From Candidatus Methylomirabilia bacterium (GTDB lineage Bacteria > Methylomirabilota > Methylomirabilia > Rokubacteriales > CSP1-6), in contig JBHIBG010000043.1 in the NCBI GenBank assembly GCA_046758965.1, positions 1-20,871 on the forward strand: a DNA stretch of 20,871 nt. The letters are read 5' to 3'. A program made the position numbers and the translations under genes. Positions 8,041 through 16,700 of this stretch are shown here, in pieces (position 1 is the stretch's first letter; every line of letters starts with the position of its first letter). The notes beneath the pieces were generated by a model. That model did no database searches. It was not told the DNA's origin and saw only the letters and a program-made list of their open reading frames with translations.

Positions 8041-9210
8041 TCACCGCGCCAGACGCTCGAAGACCGGGGCCATCCGCTTGAGGGCGAGGCGGAGGTTGGT
8101 CTCCGAGTTGGCGTAGGAGAGACGGAGATACCCCTCGCCGTACTCTCCGAACGCGCTCCCCCAGAGGACCGCGACGCCGGCCTCCTCCAGAAGGCGGGTG
8201 GCGATCTCCTTCGCGGGGCGTTTGAGGGCTTTCACGTTGGGAAAGACGTAGAAGGCGCCCCGCGGCCGGGTGCAGGAGATTCCCGGAAGCCGGTTGAGCT
8301 GCTCCACGAGGAGATCCCTCCGGCGCTTGAACTCGGCCACCATCCGATGCACCGGCGACTGGTCGCCCTGGAGGGCGGCGATGCCGGCGAGCTGGATGAA
8401 CGTCGCCGTGCAGGAGGCCGAGTTGACCATCAGGCGGGTCAGGTGCTCAGCCAGGGGTTCCGGCATCACGCCGTAGCCGAGCCGCCACCCGGTCATGGCG
8501 TACGCCTTGGAAAAGCCGTCGAGGATCACCGTGAGCGGCTTCATTCCCGGAAGCGAGGCGATGGAGGCAAACTCCCCCTCGTAGAGGAACTCTCGGTAGA
8601 TCTCGTCGGCCAGCACCGGGATCCTCCAGTGCCGGGCCATCTCAGCGATCCGCTCGAGCTGACCCCGATCCAGGACGCCCCCTGTCGGGTTCTGGGGCGA
8701 GTTGATGATGATCAGCTTCGTCTTCTGCGACGCCTTCCGCTCGAACACCTCCATGTCGAAGCCGAAGCCAGTCTCCTCGCGGAGGGGAATCGGGACCGGC
8801 ACGCCGCCGACGAAGTTGATCACCGACTCGTAAATGGGGAATCCGGGGTTGGGATAGATGACCTCGTCGCCCCGGTTCACCAGAGCCAAAATGGTGAAGA
8901 ACATGATCGGCTTGGCCCCGGGAGTGACCACCACCTCTTCGGGGCTCACCGGGGTCCCGCGCGTGGAGGCGATATGCTTGGCGATCGCTTCGCGGAGCTC
9001 CGGGAGCCCGGCAGAGGGGCCATAGTGGGTCACGCCGGCGGCCAGCGCCTGTGACGCCGCGGCCTTGATGGGCTCTGGGGTGTCGAAGTCCGGCTCGCCG
9101 ATCTCCAGGTGGACGATCGCCTTGCCTTGACGCTCCAGGTTCTTGGCCATCGCGAGGACCTCGAAGGCCGACTCTGTGCCGAGGCGAGACATCCGTTCTG
9201 CGACGTTCAT
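8041..9210 (-). CDS. Class I/II PLP aminotransferase (aspartate aminotransferase-like)
   Basis: LEIGEPDF, VTPGAK, INSPQNPTG, LADEIY, DGFSKAYAMTGWRLGY, GAFYVFP, YLRLSYA. Confidence 0.94.
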   Translation of the reverse strand: MNVAERMSRLGTESAFEVLAMAKNLERQGKAIVHLEIGEPDFDTPEPIKAAASQALAAGVTHYGPSAGLPELREAIAKHIASTRGTPVSPEEVVVTPGAKPIMFFTILALVNRGDEVIYPNPGFPIYESVINFVGGVPVPIPLREETGFGFDMEVFERKASQKTKLIIINSPQNPTGGVLDRGQLERIAEMARHWRIPVLADEIYREFLYEGEFASIASLPGMKPLTVILDGFSKAYAMTGWRLGYGVMPEPLAEHLTRLMVNSASCTATFIQLAGIAALQGDQSPVHRMVAEFKRRRDLLVEQLNRLPGISCTRPRGAFYVFPNVKALKRPAKEIATRLLEEAGVAVLWGSAFGEYGEGYLRLSYANSETNLRLALKRMAPVFERLAR

Positions 9211-9234
9211 GGGATTCCCTCCGTCAAATTTCCC

Positions 9235-9242
9235 ATTATACT
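9235..9242. promoter_or_regulatory. Overlapping divergent -10 elements (bidirectional promoter)
   Basis: ATTATACT reads TATAAT on the minus strand (9235..9240) and TATACT on the plus strand (9237..9242), inside a 39-nt gap between divergent genes. Confidence 0.6.
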
Positions 9243-9249
9243 GGACGCC

Positions 9250-9930
9250 GTGGAGTTCGTAGAGATTCCCACCGGCAAGTTCTGGATGGGGTGGGAAGAG
9301 GGCCTGCTAGGGGAGGGACCGCGCCACTCGGTCTGGCTGGACGCGTTTGCGATCGCCAGGACCCCGGTGACGAACGCCGAATACGCGCGCTTCCTCGAGG
9401 CCACGTCACTCTCACCGCCAGCGTTCTGGGGCAAGCCCCGCTTCGCCGAACCGAACCAACCCGTGGTCGGGGTGAGCTGGTCCGAGGCCACGGCCTACTG
9501 CGACTGGCTCACCCTGAACAGCGGGGAGACTCACCGGCTCCCCACCGAGGCCGAGTGGGAAAAGGCCGCCCGCGGAGGCCTTGAGGGCGCCCGCTACCCC
9601 TGGGGCAACGCGACGCCCGAGGAGGTTTTCCCCGGCGTCACGCTCCCGATGGACCGGCCCCCTCAGGTCGCCTCCGGCCCGCCGAACGGCTTCGGGCTGA
9701 CGGATCTGTCAGGCTCCTGTCACGAGTGGTGTCAGGACTGGTACGAGCAGGACTACTACTCGGTCTCCCCCAGCCTGAACCCCCGCGGCCCGCTCAGCGG
9801 CACGCGACGGGTCTCTCGCGGTGGCTCGTGGCGACATCAGTACCCGTGGAGCCGCGTGGCATTTCGCTCGAGCCTCCCGCCCCACCTCCGCTACTCCGAC
9901 TTCAGCTTCCGCGTCATCCGCCCCTCCTGA
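9250..9930 (+). CDS. Formylglycine-generating enzyme (FGE-sulfatase/SUMF1/EgtB/PvdO) domain protein
   Basis: IPTGKFWMG, PVTNAEY, PVVGVSWSEATAYCDW, RLPTEAEWEKAARGG, PNGFGLTDLSG, EWCQDWY, RVSRGGSW; lacks the catalytic Cys pair of true FGE. Start GTG 9250 is likely leaderless. Confidence 0.9.
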   Translation: MEFVEIPTGKFWMGWEEGLLGEGPRHSVWLDAFAIARTPVTNAEYARFLEATSLSPPAFWGKPRFAEPNQPVVGVSWSEATAYCDWLTLNSGETHRLPTEAEWEKAARGGLEGARYPWGNATPEEVFPGVTLPMDRPPQVASGPPNGFGLTDLSGSCHEWCQDWYEQDYYSVSPSLNPRGPLSGTRRVSRGGSWRHQYPWSRVAFRSSLPPHLRYSDFSFRVIRPS

Positions 9931-9932
9931 TC

Positions 9933-10712
9933 CTACCAGAGCGCCTCGGGGAGCGGGAGGCCCTTGAAATCCTCGTCCCCGAGCGGCTCGTCCGGCTGGA
10001 CATCCATCATCCCGAGGAACGCATAGAGCTGGCGGAGATGCTGGGCCGCATGCCAGGTCGTCCGCTCCAGAAGCTCGTGGACGGTCTGCGCGCCGTAGTA
10101 GGTGGTGACGGGCCGCGCGTAGACGGCGCTCTCCGCTCTGGCGCGCCATTCCCGGAGCCGAGAGCGGACACGCTCTCCGTAGCGCGCGATGGCCTCACCG
10201 TCACCGAGCTCCGGCGGAACGGGCTCGACCAGCCACTCGTAAGGATACTGGTTCTGCTCCACGCCGTCGACAAACGCCGCGCTGAGCCTGAAGACATGGT
10301 AGCCAAGCTGGCGCACCGGGCGATCCCTGTCCGGAGACTTCAGCTCGAGCTTCTCCACCGGAACCTGGCGGATGGCCCGCTGGGCTCCGGCGAGGATCCT
10401 GTCCAACCGCTCGAGCAGCAGTGCGGGTAAGAGCCGCTCGGGCTCGGCATAGGGAACACCCAGGAGTTCAGCGACAGCACGCGGACTCCACCCTTCCACC
10501 GCCCGTTCCCCCGTAAGCACTGCCGGGACCGTACTCACGCCGGCCCGATGGAGCTCGTGGATCGCCGTCGGGCTCGCCTCAACGTTGATCGCTTCGAACT
10601 CGACCCCCCATGACGAAAGCAACTCCTTCGTCTTGGCGCAGGAGCTTCACCCGGGACGGTAGTAGAACCTCACCGGCTTCACAGGCGCTTGCCGCCCATC
10701 GTCAGGCATCAT
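9933..10712 (-). CDS. Glutaredoxin-like (USSC) + DinB-family fusion selenoprotein, 259 aa, Sec22
   Basis: ORF 9933..10622 extends upstream across TGA 10647..10649: MMPDDGRQAPVKPVRFYYRPG-U-SSCAKTKELLSSWGVEFEAINVE...STVPAV; C-domain has LGYHVF and WHAAQH (DinB His triad); SD GAGGG before ATG 10712. Confidence 0.88.
10621..10646 (-). promoter_or_regulatory. Candidate SECIS-like hairpin of the Grx-DinB gene
   Basis: mRNA AGCUCCU-G-CG-CCAAGA-CG-A-AGGAGUU at +1..+26 after the UGA. Confidence 0.5.
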
Positions 10713-10994
10713 GGTTGGCCCTCACCGGCACGCCGGCTGCGTATAGGTTGCGTCCGGTGGCGTCGTCCAGCCGGTCCACCGCCCGGCGGGCCGCCCCTGG
10801 GTCCGGGTGCCCGTCGGTATCGACCTGTCTTCTCGCCCCGGGCCGACGTGGAGGTGAACCACCTCGGCCGCTTGATCCGGCTCTCCCCCGCCACACCCGC
10901 CGAGGCTCACTTAATCACGTTATCCGCCCGGCAGCTCATCTCCTGTCCGTTAGACAGCCGAGCGGAGGCTCCGTCATGGCCGCCCGGAACGAGG

Positions 10995-11411
10995 TCATGC
11001 CCAGGGTTGCATCTTGGGACCGTAGCCGCCGATCCGATCGACCTTGACCCGCACGACCAATCGCTTCTCTCCGGGTCGGCGGAACGGGTACTTGTCCACA
11101 CCCAAGAAGCGCTTCGCAAGCTTGTCGATCTGCTCGTCGGCCCCAGCCTCAGTCACGCTCGCCTTTCCGTGGAAGACCATGTAGGACTGGGGATCGTTGC
11201 GGTCCTGCACGGAGATGATGGCGCGGGGGTCGCGGCGCAGGTTCTTCGGCTTGAGGCGCCCTTCGGCAGTGTTGAACAGCACCTCGTCGCCTTCGACGTC
11301 CATCCAGACCATCGTCAGCTGCGGCTTTCCCTCCGCGTTGAACGTGACGACGTGCCCGTAGGCCTTGTCCTGCAGAATCTTCTTCACGGACTCCGGCAGT
11401 GCGATCGCCAT
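10995..11411 (-). CDS. PPOX-class F420-dependent oxidoreductase (138 aa)
   Basis: GHVVTFNAEGKPQLTMVW, LFNTAEGRLKPKNLRRDPR, IDKLAKRFLGVDKYP, EKRLVVRV; SD AAGGAGG before ATG 11411. Confidence 0.9.
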   Translation of the reverse strand: MAIALPESVKKILQDKAYGHVVTFNAEGKPQLTMVWMDVEGDEVLFNTAEGRLKPKNLRRDPRAIISVQDRNDPQSYMVFHGKASVTEAGADEQIDKLAKRFLGVDKYPFRRPGEKRLVVRVKVDRIGGYGPKMQPWA

Positions 11412-11506
11412 GGCTCTTCCTCCTTGATCATGACGGCGTGAATGGGATGAAGCGGCTGGCCCGCTCGACATTGTGGCATGGACTACCCCTCAGAGACAAC
11501 ATGCGG

Positions 11507-11611
11507 TCAGCGCCGACGAGGAGGCCATGAACTCACGGCGAACGTAGAGCGCGGGGCAGCGAGCAGTCCGAGAGCGAGGGTGAGGATGAGTACCGCGAGT
11601 CTGAAGCTCAT
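11507..11611 (-). pseudogene. Truncated remnant (signal peptide only) of an ABC substrate-binding protein paralog
   Basis: MSFRLAVLILTLALGLLAAP... matches the N-terminus of 12754..13749 (MKVRTAALILTLALGLVAEP); exact 17-nt match between 11574..11590 and 13712..13728; stops after 34 codons. Confidence 0.6.
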
Positions 11612-11629
11612 GATCGTCCTTCGCGCTCG

Positions 11630-12700
11630 TCACTCGGGCGCGCGGACCTTCTTGATGACCAGGCTTGATGGTGCGTTGGCGAAAGGCCAGCCTGCGATCA
11701 CTGCCGTGAACCTTCCCGCGGTCCCGCCCGCGACCGCCACCTTCAACTGTTCGGGCGCGCGGAACTTGGGGATCAACGTGCCGTTGGTCTCCGGGCTTTG
11801 ATGCGCGGCCAGGATGTGGTCGGGCAATCCCTCCCCGCCGTCTATACCAGGAAGTAACTCTTTGAACGGCTTCTGGAGCCGCTCCCAGAGAAACTGCCGA
11901 ACATCGGCTTTTGACCAACCGTCCGCCGCAATAGTACGGGCGTGCTCGGGAGAGAGGACGACGAGCGTGTCTCCCAGGGCCGTGGCCTTATAGTGCCCGA
12001 TGACCTCCATGCTCCGAGCAATGGCGGTAAGGATGTCCTTAGCGGTGCGGCTCCGAGGGGCAGAAGTTACCTGCGGCGCCTCGCCGGCAAGGGCTGAAAT
12101 CGTGCTGTCGCTATGCCGGAACCCCTGCTCGACATGGAAAGGTTCCCAGGGGTTCTCCTCCTCGTTCTCGCCGATGCAGTAGGTGTAGCGGCCGGGGTGC
12201 CCAAAGGTGGACATGCTGATAATCCCCGGCTTCGCACCCCCGATGTTGACCCAAACCAGGCGGAGAGCGCGGCCGATGGTGGCGTTCGCACGCCAGCCGG
12301 GGCCGAAGACGCCCGCGCCGCAGTTAATGTCCAGCGCCTTGCGCACAGGTCCGTTGATCAGGAAGAAGGGAGCCACCGCGTCGGTGGTGCCTGAAATGCC
12401 GAGCAGGTCAAAGGCGTCGTCACATATTGCCTGCACCCCGGCGATAACCACGGCAAGGTACTCCGGCCGGCAGCCGGCCATGACTGCGTTCACCGCAATC
12501 TTCTCCACGGTTGCACGGCCAAACCTGGGAGCCACCAACCCGATCAGTTCACCGCCCGCGCGCCCTGCCGCGGCAATGGCCCGTTCAACGCGCGACAGTG
12601 TCGGCGGCACCACGGGCAGGCCGTCGGTGAACCCCCGGGAGTAGAGCTCTTCGATGGCGTCTATCTCAGAATTGATCGAGGGCTCCGACATTCTCGTCAT
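11630..12700 (-). CDS. Conserved uncharacterised 'TDGLPVVPPT' family protein
   Basis: TDGLPVVPPT, ATVEKIAVNAVMAGCRPEY, INGP, FGPGWRANATIGRALRL, GHPGRY, GENEEENPW, VAGG motifs. I recall this family lying next to or fused with UGSC-type (seleno)proteins (unverified). Start 12700 or 12691. Confidence 0.8.
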   Translation of the reverse strand: MTRMSEPSINSEIDAIEELYSRGFTDGLPVVPPTLSRVERAIAAAGRAGGELIGLVAPRFGRATVEKIAVNAVMAGCRPEYLAVVIAGVQAICDDAFDLLGISGTTDAVAPFFLINGPVRKALDINCGAGVFGPGWRANATIGRALRLVWVNIGGAKPGIISMSTFGHPGRYTYCIGENEEENPWEPFHVEQGFRHSDSTISALAGEAPQVTSAPRSRTAKDILTAIARSMEVIGHYKATALGDTLVVLSPEHARTIAADGWSKADVRQFLWERLQKPFKELLPGIDGGEGLPDHILAAHQSPETNGTLIPKFRAPEQLKVAVAGGTAGRFTAVIAGWPFANAPSSLVIKKVRAPE

Positions 12701-12753
12701 AGTCCCCGCTCCCAAGACTCATTCTTCGGCGGTCGCTGTGGGGGAAAGGGAAT

Positions 12754-13749
12754 TCACTTGATCACCTTCTCCGCCTGGAAGAGGAGGGACGGGGGGATCC
12801 TAAGCCCGAGGGCCTTGGCGGTTTTGAGGTTGATGGTCAACTCGTAGCGCGTGGGCTGCTCCACGGGCAGGTCGGCGGGTTTGGCGCCCTTGAGGATCTT
12901 GTCGACGTAGGCGGTGAGGCGCCGCATCAAGTCAATAAAGCTCGGACCGTAGGACATAAGGCCTTCTCCATACTTTACGTAGCCCTGCTGTGGGTAGATC
13001 GTCGGCAGCCGGCTCTTCGTCGCGAGGGCACCGAGCGTTCTTACGTGAAACCTGAAGAGGGGGCTTGACAGCACGAGGAGGGCGCTAGCCCGTTCCCTGG
13101 TTGCGACTTCAAATGCGGGCTCGAAATCCTCCCGACTACGCGCCTCCACGGATTGAAGCTCCACACCCAACAGCCGAGCCGCCGCCAGTGTCTCCCTCCA
13201 CTCTTCTGCACTGGTTGGATCGCTCGGATTCCACAGGACAGCCACGCGGGTCAGCCCTGGAACCACCTCCTGGAGCAGCTGCAGCCGTTTCCCGCTCAAC
13301 TCCGGGACAAGGCTGGTCACCCCTGTGATGTTCCCACCCGGACGAGCGAGGCTAGCCACGAGACCGGCCTCGACGGGATCTTCAGGGGTCAGCATGACGA
13401 TGGGAATCGTCCTGGTGGTGTTTTTGGCAGCCCGGATCGCGAGGGTACCCTCCGTCACGATGATGTCAACCGGGAGACGCACGAGCTCGGCCGCGAGTTC
13501 GGGGAGCCGTTCGTCCGTTCCCACCGCTTGTCTGTACTCAAAGACGGCGCTCGTCCCCTCAACGTAGCCGAACTCCACTTTCAGAAAAGGGGGGACCCGG
13601 TGAGCCACGCTCCCTACACCACCAGCGGAAGCGGGCGCTAGGATGCCGATCCGGTACACCTTCCTCGCCTTCTGCGCCTCCGCAGGCAGCGGCTCCGCGA
13701 CAAGGCCGAGGGCGAGGGTGAGGATGAGGGCCGCTGTTCTGACCTTCAT
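12754..13749 (-). CDS. ABC transporter substrate-binding protein (PF04392-type), stand-alone
   Basis: Signal peptide ending AEAQ, RIGIL, LPELAAELVRLPVDIIV, GLVASLARPGGNITG, GLMSYGP, KILKGAKPADLPVEQPT, INLKTAKALGL; ATGA overlap with the cyclase stop. Confidence 0.93.
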   Translation of the reverse strand: MKVRTAALILTLALGLVAEPLPAEAQKARKVYRIGILAPASAGGVGSVAHRVPPFLKVEFGYVEGTSAVFEYRQAVGTDERLPELAAELVRLPVDIIVTEGTLAIRAAKNTTRTIPIVMLTPEDPVEAGLVASLARPGGNITGVTSLVPELSGKRLQLLQEVVPGLTRVAVLWNPSDPTSAEEWRETLAAARLLGVELQSVEARSREDFEPAFEVATRERASALLVLSSPLFRFHVRTLGALATKSRLPTIYPQQGYVKYGEGLMSYGPSFIDLMRRLTAYVDKILKGAKPADLPVEQPTRYELTINLKTAKALGLRIPPSLLFQAEKVIK

Positions 13750-16700
13750 CTTCGCCTCCTCGCTTTCTTGGTGCTCTTAGACCCCAACGCCTTCAGCTCC
13801 GCCTCCGCCTGCTCCAGCCAGAACTGCATGTCCATCTCGCGGAAGAGCGTGGTGGCCGTGCTTAGATGCTCCTGGGCCTTCGGGCGGTCCCCGGTTCGCC
13901 GGTACAGCTTGCCGAGGCCGAGGTGGCAGTGGGCGACGAGAGGACGCATCCCGAGTTCGTCGGCGCGAGCACGGGCCTGACGGTAGCACGCTTGGGCCTC
14001 CTCGGCATTCGGAGGGTCCTGATGCGACGTAACCTCTCCCATGAGCGACAGGGCCCATGCCTCGGACCCTCGCGCATCGATATAGCGCGTAATCTCGACC
14101 GCGCGCCGCGCCAATGGGATCGCCTCCTCGACTCGGCCGGCGAAGAGGAAGGCTTCACTCAGCCCTCCCGTCCTCAGCCAGTGCCCGAAGGGATCTCCGA
14201 GGGTAACAGCGCGCCTCACCCCTTGCTCTAAGAGCGCAAGAGATTCGGTGGCACGCCCCGAGACGGCATATGCCGAGGCCAACGGCGCGACGATTATTGA
14301 AGAGAGCAGCGGCACATCCGCAACGTCGCACAGTGCCAGCGCGCGCTCGAGTGCGGAGATCGCGTGCTCAAAGTCGCCCTTACGCAGACAAAGGACACCG
14401 ACACCCTGGCACGCAAAGATGATACTGTGGGGATGATTGGCCGCTTCGGCAATTCGGACCCCTTCTTCTCCGATGGCAGCTCCTTCGGCAAACTCTCCCA
14501 CCTCGGCCAGAGACCAAGCCAACACGGTTCTGGAGTACACGGAGGCTATCGGGGCCATGCCGAATCGCTCACGGAGCAGATTCCCCTGGAGCGCCATCAC
14601 GTTTGCTCTAGCGTGGTCAATCGCTCGCTGATATGCGCCCAATCTGCAGTAGGCCATCGCGAGGGCACTATTGGCTAGAACGCGGAGCGACAGCTCGCCG
14701 AGGGCGTCAGCGATGGCGAGCGCTCCGTGGCCGTATTCGACGCCGCGGTTTAGGTCGCTCATAATGGTGAAATAGTTACTCAGAAAGGCCGAGACGGCTC
14801 CGAGTCGGCGTCGATCCCCGAGGTCCCGGGCCAAGCGTTCGGCCGTACAGAGCTCGTCGAAGATTCTGCCGAATTCCCCCAGTGGGATCAGCGAGTATCG
14901 AAGATCGAGCCGGAGGTCCACGGCCTGCTCGAGCGTCTCCCGGCTCTCGGGAAGGTATTTGAGGGCTTCGAGCGCTTGCTCAAACCAGCCGACGGCCGCT
15001 CTGGGAACTGAGCGCGCGAACGCCTTCGCACCGGCCTGGCGACAATAGGGGAGTGCCTTGCTCCAGACCTCGCCCGCCATGGCGTGGTGCGCGAGCCGAT
15101 CCACCTGGTCCGCGAGGTGCGCCGAATACAGACGTTCAATGGCGTCGGCAATCCGCGCATGGAGCGCGCGGCGGCGGTCGCGCAGCAGGCTCTGGTAGGC
15201 GACCTGGTACGTGAGGGAGTGCTTGAAGGTGTACTCGAGTTCGGGGAAGAGGTTCGCTTCGTACAGGAACTCGGCTGCTTGGAGATTCCCCAGGCCACGG
15301 CGCAGCTCATCCTCCGGCATGTCGGCGATGTCCCGGAGAAGCGCGTAGGGTATGTCCTTGCCAATGACGGCTACGATTTGGAGCAGGCTCTTCCCCTCGG
15401 GCGGCAGGCGGTCGATACGAGCGGAGAGGACGGCCTGCACGGTGGGTGGTACCCGGATGGCATGAACGGGTTTCGCCAGGCGATACGCTCCCGGCTCGCC
15501 GACCAGGGCCCGGGTCTCCACGAGGGTGCGCACGCTCTCCTCGAGGAAGAAGGGATTCCCCTCGGTCCGCACGATCAGGAGTTGCTTGAGGGGCCCCAGG
15601 GTGGCGTCGGCCCCCAGGAGAGCGCGGAGCAACTCCTCAGCACTCTCGGGGGGCAGGGGATCCAGTCGCAGCTGGGTGTAGTAGCTCTTGCCTCCCCAGT
15701 TGTGCTGGCAGTCTGGTCGATAATTCACCAACAGCAGGATCGGTGCCGCGGGGAGGCTTTCGACCACGCTGTCGAGGACCGCCTGGGTCTCGGAATCGAT
15801 CCAGTGCAGATCCTCGAAGACGAGACAGAGGGGCTGGACCTGGCTCTCTCGCAGTAGGAGACGCTTGACGGCATCCAGGGTGCGCTGACGGCGTTGGGGG
15901 GGATCGAGGTCCTGCCAATGAGGGTCCTCGACGGGCACGTCCAGGAGGGAGAGGAAGGCGGGTAGCATCGGCTCCAAGGCCCGATCCAGTGTGAGGAGCT
16001 TCCCGGTGACCTTCTCCCGGATCTTCCGGGCATCGTCGCGGGTCTCGATCTGGAAGTACGCCTTGAGGAGGTCGATGACCGGGAGGTAGGTGGTGGCCTT
16101 GCCGTAGGAGACCGAGCCACTTTCGAGGACCAGCCAGCCGTGCGTTCGGTGCGAGTGCGTGAACTCGTAGAACAGGCGCGATTTGCCCACGCCCGGTTCG
16201 CCAACGACCGCGACGAGCTGACCGTGGCCCGCCCCTGACCGCTCTAACGCCTTACGGAGGTGATCGAGTTCAGCATCGCGCCCGACGAAGCGGGTCAGCC
16301 CGCGAGCCACGGCAGCGTCAAGTCGCCTCCGTACCGGCCCCGCGCCAGTGACCTCGTAGACTTCGATCGGGGTCTCCAGCCCTTTCACCGGCACCGAACC
16401 CAGCGGCTTGACCTGGACGAAGCCCTCGGCCAGCCGCAGGGCATCCGCGGTGAGCAGGATCGAGCCCGGCTTAGCCATCTGCTCCATCCGGGCTGCAAGG
16501 TGGGTGGTCTGGCCCACCGCCGTGTAGTCCATGTGGAGATCGCTCCCGATCGACCGGACGACCACCTCGCCCGAGTTCAGCCCGACGCGGATCTGCACGG
16601 GGATCCCGTGGGTCCGCTGAATCTGGTCGCCGTACCGCCCCACGCTTTCTTGCATCCTGAGCGCCGTATAGCACGCCCGCACCGCGTGGTCCTCATGGGC

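Noticed and set aside
10709..10939. Possible fourth UGA read-through (MSCRADNVIK-TGA-ASAGVAGES...)
   Set aside because: No redox motif, the SD abuts the ATG, and the downstream peptide is low-complexity Arg/Gly/Pro.
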